A stretch of DNA of 64,000 nucleotides from the human T2T-CHM13v2.0 reference genome, Homo sapiens (GCF_009914755.1 NC_060940.1), one strand, 5' to 3'; shown: positions 17,065 to 38,114, numbered from the stretch's first letter. Translations and numbers: made by a program. Notes: generated from the letters alone by a model not told the origin.

Positions 17065-17752
17065 TAAAAATTTGTTGTAGAGGAGAAAAAAAAAAGGGTC
17101 TCACTACATTGCCCAAGCTGGGCTCAAACTCCCGGCCTCAAGCGATCTTCATGCCTTGACCCCCCAGAATGCTGGGATTATAGGCATGAGCCATTGAGCC
17201 CAGCCAGGATCTGTCTTTTTGGCCTTTTTGTAGAGATCTCTCTGTTTCTATGAACCCCATGGCATCAACGGGTGGAGGAGGCCAGGGGTGGTCATTTAGC
17301 TCCTTATTCCTGCAGTTCTAGTCCCAGACAGCCCTTCTCTGCCTTCCAGGACTGACTCTTTCCCTCTTGTAGGGCTGCCTCCACTAGGCTCCCTAGACCC
17401 AGGCCAGGCCAGGGCACAGCTTGCTGCAGTGCAGCAGGCAGTCAGCGCCACTGCAGCCCAGGAGTGGTAGGAAAGGGTGCGAGTGGCTTCCAGCCTGGGT
17501 GATGAGACCCGTGCCAGTCCTTATCACATCTGGAATTTTCCCCACCAAGGTCCACGTGTCTTGGGGTAGTTAGGAGCTCTAGAGTTAAACCTGGGTTGGA
17601 GCCCTGGTTCAGTCATTTACTAGCAGTGTGGCCTTAGACCCGGCCTCAGCTTTGTTTTCCTCACCTGTACAATGGAGTTAATCAGAGTCCTTGTAGGGAG
17701 GCTGTGACTTCAAAACATGATTCATGCACATATGTGGCCAAGGTTTGCCTAA

Positions 17753-18103
<351 letters not shown>

Positions 18104-18161
18104 TAGAGATAGGGTCTCACTCTGTCACCAGGCTGGAATGCAGTGGTGCAATCATAGCTCA

Positions 18162-18332
<171 letters not shown>

Positions 18333-19711
18333 TTAGCCGGACGTGGTTGCAAACGCCTGTAATCCCAGCTACCTGGGAGGCTGAGGCAGGCGAATCGCTT
18401 GGGGGCAGGAGAATCGCTTGAAGCCAGGAGGCAGAGGTTGCAGTGAGCCAAGATTGCACCACTGCACTACAGTCTGGGGGACAGAGTGAGACTTCATCTC
18501 AAAAAAAACAAAACAAAACAAAACTCCTGGGCTCAAGCAATCCTCCTGCCTCAGCCTCCCAAGTCATGCTCTCTTTAAAAAAAATGGTTTTATAAAATGG
18601 ACGGGGAACAGAACAAGTACTCTGTATTTAATCACATTACACATACAATGAACATGCCTACTGCTTTTTACAAACCTGTGACGTATGTCTAATTATTAAC
18701 CTCATTTCGTAGATGGGAAATTGAGCCTCAGAGAGGTGACTTGCCCACGATGAAGGAGCTCACAGGAGGCAGAGCTGGGATCTGAGTCAGGGCGGTGCAG
18801 TTCTAAAGTATTTACACTTTACGCTTTATCACGACATATCTATTTCCTGGAGAGTCTGTTGCTCATAATTAAAATTTGTAATTAGTCATTGTCATTTTCA
18901 TTCAGAGCAGGGAACTTCCCTTGCTTCTCTCTCTCTCTCTCTCTCTCTCCCCCACTCTATCTGTTTCTCCCCCGATTCCTGCCACCCCCTCTAATGTGTT
19001 TGATACTCATCTGGAAATACGCCTGCACTCTGGCAAAATAGTACTATTTTGTGTCTTTGAGTGCTTTGGCTTCATGCTATAAATTGTGCTCTGTTTATTT
19101 CCCTCCTTTTTCTTTCATTATGAAACGTTTCAGACACACAGAAGTTATAAAGAATCACGCACATCCAGAAGCCAGCCTAAGGCATGAAATGCGGCAAATA
19201 CAATCACAGCTCACCTTCCCACACCTGTGACCTGGGAACCTCTTTTCTGATCTTTTCCTTGCACTGGGGTGTGGAAATTTTTCACATCTCCTGGGGCGTG
19301 GAAAATTTTCACATCTACCATAGCAAATTATGTCAGTGGCCAAAAGGAAGGGATGAGAGAAGTCCCTGCTCCACTGAGCTTCCTTTTGTGCATTGGCCAA
19401 TAGGCGACCTCAAGGGTAGGCTGTTCTCCTTGCCAACAAAGCCTTTGTTATAACACAAGCTGCCGTGAATCCTCCCCGCGGGCACAGGGAGGGTTCTTCA
19501 CAAGAGGTGAAGAAGGAGCCACCCCCAACCACCCCAACCAGACCCTCCTGAGGCAGCCTGGGAGCCAAACATCACCATGCAAGGGACAAAGGGTGCCCGG
19601 GGTCACTTCACCGAGTGGGCCCAGGTACACACAGGGTGCAGGGGACTGAGATGAAAACCCAGAGGACGGGGCCAAGTCTACGCTTCTCATTGTTTTGTCC
19701 TTCATGCCAAA

Positions 19712-20438
19712 CACAGAGCTTGGCACACAGTTGTTGCTTAATAAATGTTTATTTCACTGAGTCCCCAGGGCCTAGCACAGAGCATGGCACATAGCTGATG
19801 CCTAATAAATGTTTGTTCTACTGAGTTCCCAGGGCCTAGCACAGAGCATGGCACACAGCTGGTGCCTAATAAATGTTTGTTCTATTGAGTCCCCAGGGTC
19901 TAGCACAGAGCATGGCGCACAGCCGGTGCCTAATAAATGTTTGTTGTACTTAGTCCCCAGGGTCTAGCACAGAGCATGGCACACAACTAATGCCTAATGT
20001 TTGTTCTACTGAGTCCCCAGGGTCTAGCACAGAACCTGGTACACAGTTGGTGCCTAATAATGTTTGTTGCACTCAGTCCCCAGGGCCTAGCACAGAGCTT
20101 GGCACCCAGATGGTGCCTAATAAATGTTTGTTTCACTGAGTCCCCAGGGCCTAGTACAGAGCCTGGTACATAGTTGGTGCCTAATAAATGTTTATTTCAC
20201 TGAGTCCCCAGGGCCTAGTACAGAGCCTGGTACATAGTTGATGCCTAATAACATTTGTTTTACTGAGTCACAAGACCTAACACAGAGCTTGGCACACCGC
20301 TGGTGACTAATAAATGTTCCACTGAGTTGCAGGGCCTGGCGTGGAGCCTGGCACACAGCTGGTGACTAATAAATGTTCCACTAAGTCCTCAGGGCCTGGC
20401 ATGGAGCCTGGCACACAGCTGGTGCCTAATAAATGCTT
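19712..20438 (+). repeat. 64-bp minisatellite, 12 copies, derived from an L2 3' end
   Basis: Consensus CACAGAGCATGGCACACAGCTGGTGCCTAATAAATGTTTGTTCTACTGAGTCCCCAGGGCCTAG. AATAAA recurs at 19740, 19804, 19868 and 19932 (64-bp period); the last units are 59-60 bp. Confidence 0.95.
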
Positions 20439-21184
20439 GCAGGAAAGAAATAGAGCCAGAGGGAGGGAAAGAGAGAATGAAGGAGAGAAGGGCGGGAGGA
20501 AAGAAAGACCAGCCAGGAATGGCCACCTCCAAACCTGGGTTGGGATCCCACCCGCGGCACTGACTGCGGCCTAGAAGCAAGCAGCACAGCTATGCCTGAG
20601 TTAGGCTCACTTTCCCCTCTTGTGCCTCTGATTCCCACCTGTGAAATGGAGGTGAAATCACGTTTGCCTCAAAGGGCTGTGCTCCATGCCTGGCACTCAA
20701 ATAGAAATCGTGCTCACCAAGTGTTAGGGCCGATTCTCAGTATACCTACTGCATGAATTTGCAGAGGGTGGAGCGCATGGAGGGTTCCTCCTGGGATCCT
20801 GTGGCCGAGGCTCCACAGCATCTTTGGTCGCTGTTCCTGTCTCCACCGTGAAGATGGAGCCACGTCCCTCGCGGCCCCTGGCTGGGCCCCACCTCCCGGA
20901 GACTCAGGAAGGGCTTGGAATCGGTGCCAGTTTCGCCGGCTGTGGGCCCCACGGCGATGATGAATAACTTGTTTATCTGCTGGAGCTTCTCCCACCGCTC
21001 TCTCGGTGCCTGGCAGGCAGAGGTCTGGAAGGGGCGGGCAGGGACAGGGAGGACTGGCTCACCAGGCAGCCGCCGCCCCTCCTCCCTCCTCCCTCTGCCC
21101 CACTCCCCAATTCAGCATCAACCTCCACCTAAACATGCTTCCTGCACTTTTCTACTCCTCATCTTTCCCCAAATCCTGTTTTAG

Positions 21185-21633
<449 letters not shown>

Positions 21634-22050
21634 TAAAGTCTGATGAGAACATTACTTACCTAATGGGGCTTCACCCTTGAGACAACCCACAAGGGTCCCC
21701 TCACCCCCTCCCCTCCTGAAGCTGCCAGAATGCTTTTCCTGCTTGGAACCTCCCTTAAGAGCCTCCACCCTTACCCTGAAAGGGAGTCTCCACCTCTAGG
21801 CCTTCTCTCACTTTCTTGCACAGAGAAAGGTTAGGTTAGGTTAGCCTTGTGTGTGTGTGTGTGTGTTTGTTTGTTTGTGGCAAGGTCTTGCTCTGCCTCC
21901 CAGGCTGCAGTGCAGTGGGGCAATCATAACTCACTGTAGCCAAGCTCCTGGGCTCAAGTGATCCTCCTGCCTCAGCCTCCCAAGGTGGTAGGATTATAGG
22001 CTGGAGCCACCACACCTGGCCTCCAAATTATTTCTCTAATCTACTCCCTC

Positions 22051-22815
<765 letters not shown>

Positions 22816-22984
22816 CCTGCTTATGTATGGTCTCAAGCCGGAGTCACTACCTCCAGAATAACCTCCCTGCCCGCGTTCTTGCTTCTCATCAAGGCTGCCC
22901 CCTGTCTGATCATACCACTTTCTTATTAGAAATTCCTCACTGACATCCTTTAACCCAGAGCACATGTGTGCACTGGAGGTGTTC

Positions 22985-23230
22985 CTGGCCTTCAGAGATG
23001 TTTCAAAATGTATGAGAGCATTTTTGGTTGTCACAATAATTTGGGAGTGCTACTGGCATTCAGCAGGGGGAGGCCTGAAATTCTAGACTTCCTGAAATGT
23101 GTATTGCCCACGCAATAAAGATTTTCAGAGGACCCACCAGACATTCATGTGGGCGAAAATCCCATTTATCACTATCTGAGTCCACAACCTACCTTCAGAT
23201 TGCATAAAATGAAAAGTGTTGGAGTTTTTT
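22985..23230. mobile_element. MER20-like DNA transposon
   Basis: catttttggttgtcacaa...gagtgctactggcatt is the MER20 hallmark. Confidence 0.65.
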
Positions 23231-23367
23231 CTTACTTTAAAAATGTACCTTGGCTGGGCTGGTAATCCCAGCACTTTGGGAGGCCAAGGTGGGAGGATTT
23301 CTTGAGGCTGGAGTTCAAGGCCAGCCTGGGGAACATAGGGAAACCTTGTCTCTTAAAAAATAAAATA

Positions 23368-23836
<469 letters not shown>

Positions 23837-24261
23837 TGAGTAGCTGGGACTACAGGCATGCGCCACCACACCCAGCTAATTTTTGTATTTTTAGTAGAGA
23901 CGGGGTCCACCACGTTGCCCAGGTTGGACTTGAACCCCTGGCCTCATGGGATCCACTCACCTCGGCCTCCCGAAGTGCTGGTATTATAGGCATGAGCCAC
24001 TGAGCCCGGCCAAGGTGTACAGCTTCGGAGCCTGAATTCTTAACATCTCTCCCCATGAACCTGCCCTCTGTGAAACATCACGTTGTGCTGTTGTTGTCCA
24101 TGGGTGGCTTTGTCCCATCACTGGGCTGTGCATTGCAAGATGGCAAGGATCAAGTATTTTCATTCCGGAATGCCCAAAGGCCAACAGAGTGGAGTTGCAT
24201 CTTAACACAGAAATAAGTCAATGCCCTGATCACTTGTGGTCAAAAATCACCCTTGGAAATT

Positions 24262-24786
24262 TTATTAGTTTCTGACTGCTGCTTTAACAAATTACCATGA
24301 ACTTAGTGGCTAAAACAACATAAATTTATGACCTTACAGTTACAGAGGTTAGAAGTTCTAAATGGGTCTTACTGGGCTAAAATCAAGGTGTCAGCAGGAC
24401 TGAATTCCTTCTGGATGTGCTAAGGAAGAATCTATTAATTTGCCTTTTCCAGTTCCTAGAAGCCACCTGCACTCCTTGGCTTGTAGCTCCATTACCCCAT
24501 CTTCAAATCTAACAACGTTGAGTGAAATCCTTCTCATGCTGTCATCTCTGTGGCTATCTCTTCTGATTCTGTTTTTACTGTGATTACATGGGGCCCACCC
24601 AGTTAATCCAGGCATCTCCCTATTTTCAGGTTAGCTGCAGCTAGGCATCTCCCAATTTTAAGTGATTTGACTACCAACCTTAATTTTATCTGCAAACTTA
24701 ATTGTCCTTTGATATGTAACAACATATTCACAGGTTCTGGGGATTAGAGGTAAGCATCTTTGGGGGCCATTTCTCTGTCTACCACA
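24262..24786 (-). mobile_element. MLT1C/D-like MaLR LTR
   Basis: tattagttt...aacaaattaccatgaacttagtggc...ctaaaatcaaggtgtcagcagg...tctaccaca. Confidence 0.85.
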
Positions 24787-24829
24787 AGATTTCCTTAAAT
24801 TGCCCATGGATTTGCAGGGTACTGAGAAA

Positions 24830-25060
24830 ACTGCTTAGATTAGTGGCTCAAAGCATGGATTCTGGAGCAAGATTATTGAGTTCAAATCTCAGCTTTATGA
24901 CCTTGGGCACTTACTTAACTTTTCTGTGTCTCTGTGTCTCAACTTCACCATCTGTAAAATGGGGATGATAACAATAGTGCCCACTTTGCAGGTTAGTAAA
25001 CACTTAGAATGATGCCCAGGATATAGTAGATGCAATATGAGTGTTTATTAAATATATTAA
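24830..25060. mobile_element. MIR SINE
   Basis: gagttcaaatctcagct...gaccttgggcacttacttaac...catctgtaaaatggggatgataa. Confidence 0.8.
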
Positions 25061-25535
25061 ATTTCATGGTATATGTAGCATTGGAACAAGATTATGGTGT
25101 CTGGCTGAGCCTTGGACAAAATTGTTGACTTGACTCTCACCCAGCTGTGAGGTACCACGGAAGTGGAGACTGACTCAGGTGTCTCATTTTTCTTTCACTC
25201 TGGGACACGTGCTTGCTGAAATCATCTGTACTATTGCAATTGTTTATGCTTCTTTCTATTTTGCCAAGTGAGTGACAAAATTGACTGCAGATTTGATGTG
25301 ACTTCATTATGAATATGTGTTGAATGAATGAATGAGTGAGTGGATGGTGGATGGATCGATGGATGGATCTGTCTTCCCTGAAGATCTGTCTTCCACCACA
25401 CATTCCTCCACATGGGTCCTCTTTCATGGATGGCCTAGGGAGGTAGCTACAGAAAGGGTGAGAAGAATGATGCTAGGATCTGGCATTTGACTGGCATTTG
25501 CCCTTCCTCAGGATCCAGAGGTCTCGTTCAGGACC

Positions 25536-25670
25536 ATGGAGAGCGGCACCAGCAGCCCTCAGCCTCCACAGTTAGATCCCCTGGATGCGTTTCCCCAGAA
25601 GGGCTTGGAGCCTGGGGACATCGCGGTGCTAGTTCTGTACTTCCTCTTTGTCCTGGCTGTTGGACTATGG
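25536..25670 (+). CDS. SLC5A11: SLC5A11 coding exon 1 (aa 1-45); the exon begins at 25512
   Basis: Acceptor cccttcctcag|G at 25511|25512; good Kozak ACCATGG; MESGTSSPQP...LAVGLW; donor TGG|gtaagc. Confidence 0.97.
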
Positions 25671-26677
25671 GTAAGCCAGGCCACTGGGGGATGGGGGATG
25701 AAGAGAGAAGGAAATGTCTGTTTAGAGGTCCGGAGTTAACCTCATCCTTTTGGAGCTAAGATACTGACTGTGAGAGGAAGAAACTAACACAAGGTTATAG
25801 AGTAATCAGAACTTAAAAATTTTAAACATGCATTGGGTGTGGACTATTGTCAGACACTGTTTTAAGCATTTTCACTTACATTTCTCATGTAATTTTCACA
25901 GGCCCCTGTGAGAAAGATGCTGTTACAATACCCATTTTACAGATAAGGAAACACAGGCCCAAATAATTTAAGATCCTCATCCTGTAAGTTAGGAGAGTTA
26001 GGGTTAGAATCCCTGTCTCCCTTACTTCGAAGCTCATGTTTTGTTTTTGTTTTTGTTTTGTTTGTTTTGCTTTTTGAGGTGGGATCTCCCTCTGTTGCTC
26101 AGGGTACTAGAACGCAGTGGTGGCAATCATAGCTCACTCCGGCCTCGACTTCTTGGGCTCAAGTGATCCTCTCACCTCGGCTGCCAGGTAGTTAATTTTT
26201 AAATTTTTTTTTGTAGAAATGGGGTCTCAGTATGTTGCCCAGGCTGGTCTCAAATTCCTGGGCTCAAGCAATTCTCCCATCTTAGCCTCCCAAAGTGCTG
26301 GGATTACAAACAGCCCAACTGTGTTTTTTTTTACTTTAAAGAAAACTTTAAAGGCAATACAGTCACATGGCTCACAAATAAAAATCACTTATGACAAGCG
26401 ATGAAAAATCTCAATATTAGCCTTCTCTCCACAGGTAACCAATATTATTAGCTTGTTAGTACATAAGCGTGTGGTTCAAGTGTCTTTATGCAAATCCAAG
26501 CAAATTTTAATTGCATATTTCCCTCTTTCTTAAACAGAAGGTAGCTTATACTGTTTTTTAGCTTTCTATTTTTCACTTCTCAGTATCTTTTAGATATCTT
26601 TTCACATTAGCACGTAGACATTCCTTATCTTCTTAAAAGTTGCATAATATTTCCTTAGATGATTGTGTTGTAATTTA

Positions 26678-27368
<691 letters not shown>

Positions 27369-27634
27369 ACTCTGTACACTGTTTGGGAGTGTAGCTATAA
27401 GATAAATTCCCTGCAGCAGAATTCCCTGCAGCAGAAATGCGTATATTAAAGAATATATGCATTTGTGATTATACTAGTTTGTGTCAAATTGCACTCCTTA
27501 GGTGTACACATCAGAAATGATGAGAAAGTCTGTTTTGTCACATTCTCACCAACAGTGTATTGTCAAACTCATTTTTGTCAGACTAGGAAAAATAATATCT
27601 CAAAGTTTTTTTTGTTTTTTGTTTTTTTTTTTGA

Positions 27635-27850
<216 letters not shown>

Positions 27851-28384
27851 TGATCCGCCTGCCTCGGCCTCCCAAAGTGCTGGGATTACAGGCGTGAGCC
27901 ACCGCACCCAGCCAGTATTGTTAATATGCATTTATCTTACAATGAATGAGGTTGGGCCCCATTACGTATGTTTAAACACCACATATTTTCTTTATGTGAG
28001 CTATGGCTTCATATCTTTTGCCTTATTTCTATTAGGTTCTTCTTCTTTTTCTTATCAATTTCCAGGAGCTCTTTTTGTATTAAGGATATTAACAACTTTG
28101 AGATAAAAGGTCAGGCACAGTGGCTCACACCTGTAATCCCAGCACTTTGGGAGGCCGAAGTGAACAGATCGCTTGAGCTCAGTTCGAGACCAGCCTGGCA
28201 ACATAGTAAGATACCATCTCTACAAAAAACAGAAAAATTAGTTGAGCATGGTGGCATATGCCTGTAGTCCCAGATACTTGGAAGGCCGAGCCAGGAGGAC
28301 TGCTTGTGCCTAGCAGTTCAAGGTTACAGTGAGCCATGATCATGTCACTGCACTCCAGCCTGAGTGACAGAGTGAGAACCAGTC

Positions 28385-28735
28385 TCAAAAAAGAAAGAAA
28401 GAGAGAGAAAGGAAAGAAAGGAAGGAAGGGAAGGGAAGGGAAAAAGAAAGAAAAATAAAAGAAAAGAAAGAAAGAGAGAGAAAGAAAGAGAAAGAGAAAG
28501 GAAGGAAGGAAGGGAGGGAGGAAGGAAGGGAGGGAAAGGGAAGGGAAGGGACAAGAAGAAGAAAGAAAAAGAAAGAAAGGAAGGAAGGGAGGGAGGAAGG
28601 AAGGGAGGGAAAAGGAAGGGAAGGGGCAGGCAGAAGAAAGAAAAAGAAAGAAAGAAAAAAGGAAAGAAAGAAAGAGAAAGAAAAAGGAAGGAAGGAAGGA
28701 AAGAAAGAAAAGAAAAAAGAAAGAAAGAAAAAATT
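28385..28735. repeat. Polypurine (GAAA/GGAA/GGGA)n tract grown from an Alu tail
   Basis: About 350 bp nearly pure A/G after an Alu at 28109-28386. Confidence 0.95.
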
Positions 28736-29062
28736 AATCACCAATGTGATAGTATTAACAGATGGGGCGTTTCGAGGGTGATTAAGTCATAAGAACTGAG
28801 CCCTCATGAATGGGATTACAGACTTTATTAAAGAAGCTCAAGGGAACTAGTTTTACCCCTTTTTGCCCTTCTGTTCCTCTGGCATGTGAAGACACAGAGG
28901 AGGTACTATCTACGAGGAACAGGCTCTCACCAGACACCAAACCTCTCGGTGCCTTGATATTGAACTTCCAAGTCTCCAGAATTGTAAGAAACAAATTTCT
29001 GTTGTTTAAAAATCACCCAGTTTCGGGTATTTTGTTATAGTAGTGCAAAGCAGACTGAGACA
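28735..29062 (+). mobile_element. MLT1A/MST-like MaLR LTR fragment
   Basis: ccaatgtgatagtatta...gccctcatgaatgggatta...aaatttctgttgttt...cagactgagaca. Confidence 0.8.
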
Positions 29063-29509
29063 TGAGCCTCGGTTTCTTCCTTTATCAGATTGGCCTAACG
29101 ACACAAACCTCATAGGGGTTGGTAAGGATTAAATGAGGTAATGCATATAAAGTGCTTGGCACAGCATCTGGCACATAGTAAACACTCAATAAATGGTATC
29201 AGTTATAAAACATCATAAACAAGCCATGAGCCTAAGACTCAAATGTCTAGGGAGACCAAGTAGGTTATCATAAAATAAATGTTTGTAGCAACAAGTGGTA
29301 GGAGCTTTGTTGACCTGAAGAGTTTATGTTTCCTCTAAAGACACAAAATTAAAATTTTATCCAAAACTCTGGGAGAAACAAAATATATTTGATATCCGAA
29401 TCTGGCCCTCAGGACTCCCAGTTTGCAATCCCTGCCTGGCCTAGGCCATTTTGAGATGCCTCTGATTGCTAACGTCTTCCCTCACCCACCTCTCTTCTTT
29501 TTTTTTCAG

Positions 29510-29581
29510 TCCACAGTGAAGACCAAAAGAGACACAGTGAAAGGCTACTTCCTGGCTGGAGGGGACATGGTGTGGTGGCCA
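29510..29581 (+). CDS. SLC5A11: SLC5A11 coding exon 2 (aa 46-69)
   Basis: ttttttcag|TCC ... CCA|gtaagt; STVKTKRDTVKGYFLAGGDMVWWP with the SSS-family YFLAG motif; 72 nt. Confidence 0.97.
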
Positions 29582-29799
29582 GTAAGTGGTCTTTGGTTCA
29601 ATTAAAGTCACTTCTTAAAGAATCTTCAAGTGCTGGGATTCTGTCCAGCCTTTGATATCTCAGGACTCTCTGGTCTCATGTCGTTTGGAAGTCATTGTCT
29701 AAACTAGAGAAGGCTTAGCTCCAGCTCAAATTCGTTTAAACAACAACAAAAAAAAACAATTTGTCACCTCATCTAAGGGAAAAATCTGGAGTTAGGTTT

Positions 29800-30045
29800 T
29801 AAAAATATATATTTATATAAATATATTTATATAAATATATATTATATAAAATATATAACATATAATTATATATTATATAATATATAATTATATAATATAT
29901 AATCATATATTTATGTAATATATAGTTATATAATATATAATTTATATATTTATGTAATATATAGTTATATAATATATATGATTTATATATTATATATAAT
30001 AGATATATATTATATATAATAAATATGTAAATATATATGTATAAT
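29800..30045. repeat. AT-rich (TA)n-like low-complexity tract
   Basis: About 245 bp almost entirely A/T with an internal duplicated atatatttatgtaatatatagttatataatata. Confidence 0.95.
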
Positions 30046-30514
30046 CACAACCTTAAATAGAAAACCAGTATCATTTGCTCTACATAGAAAAGCAGGGAAT
30101 CATAAAAATAAAATTTAAAAATGTGCTTTTCTCCTCTGGACTCATTCATGCAGCTGCATTTAGTTGGTGACTAGGCTAGACAGAAGTCCAAGATGGCTTC
30201 ATCCACATTTGGGGGGCTTTGGCAGGGGTCACTGGAATACTGGGACCTCATTTTCTCCCTATTCTTTTTCATCATTCAGTGGCCTAGCCCAGGGTTTTGT
30301 GGTTTTTCTTGCTGTTGTTTTTGTTTTTGTTTTAACCAGGTAGCTGAATCCCAAGAGGGCAAAAATGAAAGCTACTAGGCTGTTAAGGTCTTGGCCTGGA
30401 AGTCACTTCTACCACATTCTGTTGGTTAAAGTAAATTACAGGCCCGCACAGTTTCTGTATGGGCCATGTGGAAAAGTCACATTTGAACGGTGTCATTGGG
30501 AAAGGCAGAGTAAA

Positions 30515-36078
<5,564 letters not shown>

Positions 36079-36809
36079 ACCTGCCTTTCTTGCAGGTCTC
36101 ATTCTCCCCTGTCTCTGAACTGGCAGTGATGAGCAGCACAGGGTGAAACATGCCTCCACACCACTCCCTCACCCCCAGCACACACACACCTCACTGGTTC
36201 AATATCTCCAGTCCAAGGGACCCGCAGAGACGGTGTCCCCGTTCCAAATTCCCAGGAAAGAGAATATAATTTGCTCAGCTTGGGCCAGGTACCCAGGCCT
36301 GTCCAGCCCAATCAGTTGAGACCAGGGAGACCAGGGATTGGCATCAGCAAGTACAGCACTAGCCATTTAGTGCTATACCAAGAAGACTATCTACTTTGAT
36401 AAGTAAGAAGCAGATCTGGGGGAGTAACACAGGCTTCCTGATTCTCATCATGAATCACTTTCTACATTACCTGTCACCTTCTTTCCCGACCCCCGACCCC
36501 CGCAGGGATACTGCATATAGTTGTTGAAGCTGTGCACTGCACAACCCTACAGGGTGCAATCTGCATTTTAGGCCCTGTAGTCCTGAATATTTATTCTACC
36601 AATTTCTGACAGGTGGGCTCTGACCAAGTAAGAGTCTTGGGGAAGAAGAATCTCATTCTAATGTAAACAAAAATGCCAGATAGGCTAGGGGTGGCCCTGC
36701 CTTCCTCTACTTCTCTTCTCTGTCCCTTTGGAGCATGGAAATAATTGGGGGTGGGGAGCAGGTACCCTTGACTTTGTCTCCAAGATCTGACCCGTCCATC
36801 TCCCCACAG

Positions 36810-36914
36810 GTGGGTGCATCCTTGTTTGCCAGCAATGTTGGAAGTGGACATTTCATTGGCCTGGCAGGGTCAGGTGCTGCTACGGGCATTTCTGTATCAG
36901 CTTATGAACTTAAT
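36810..36914 (+). CDS. SLC5A11: SLC5A11 coding exon 3 (aa 70-104)
   Basis: ccccacag|GTG ... AAT|gtaagt; VGASLFASNVGSGHFIGLAGSGAATGISVSAYELN; 105 nt. Confidence 0.98.
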
Positions 36915-37018
36915 GTAAGTATTTTACCTAGGGCATAGATGACATCTTACCTCTACCTAACAGGTAGATCTCAGGGGAAAGTTGTGTGAATGCCCTGCAC
37001 TTTAAAAATAGAATGGTG

Positions 37019-37713
<695 letters not shown>

Positions 37714-38114
37714 GGGTGTGTGAAGAAGAGGGCTCAGATTCCTGTCCTAGAGATGCAGAAGAAAGATGGTGAAGACTGAAGCGTATTTCTGTGTACTTTA
37801 GACGTCAATCGGCCATCACAAAAATTTTACAGCTCAGTAGTTTTTGACTTTGTTTGCTACCTCTGAGATACTCAAGGGATAAGATACACTCTCGTATATA
37901 GCAGGGCTCATTTGGGATATGATTTTTACTGGGGTCAGGGCAGGGAGGGGATTATTAATAATGATCATTGCCTTCATAATGTCCAATATTTTTGGATGCT
38001 TATTCTATGCCAGGAACAGACTTTGATATGTTCCATATGCTATCACATTATAGGATTCATTTACAAATTAGACCCACACTGCCTGGGTTTACATTCTTGC
38101 TCCAACACGTATAA

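Noticed and set aside
19712-20438. CRISPR-like regular array
   Set aside because: The units are contiguous diverged copies with no unique spacers, there are no cas genes, and the DNA is eukaryotic; it is an L2-derived minisatellite.
27404-27437. 16-bp tandem duplication AAATTCCCTGCAGCAG
   Set aside because: A local slippage duplication within old L1 sequence; nothing suggests function.
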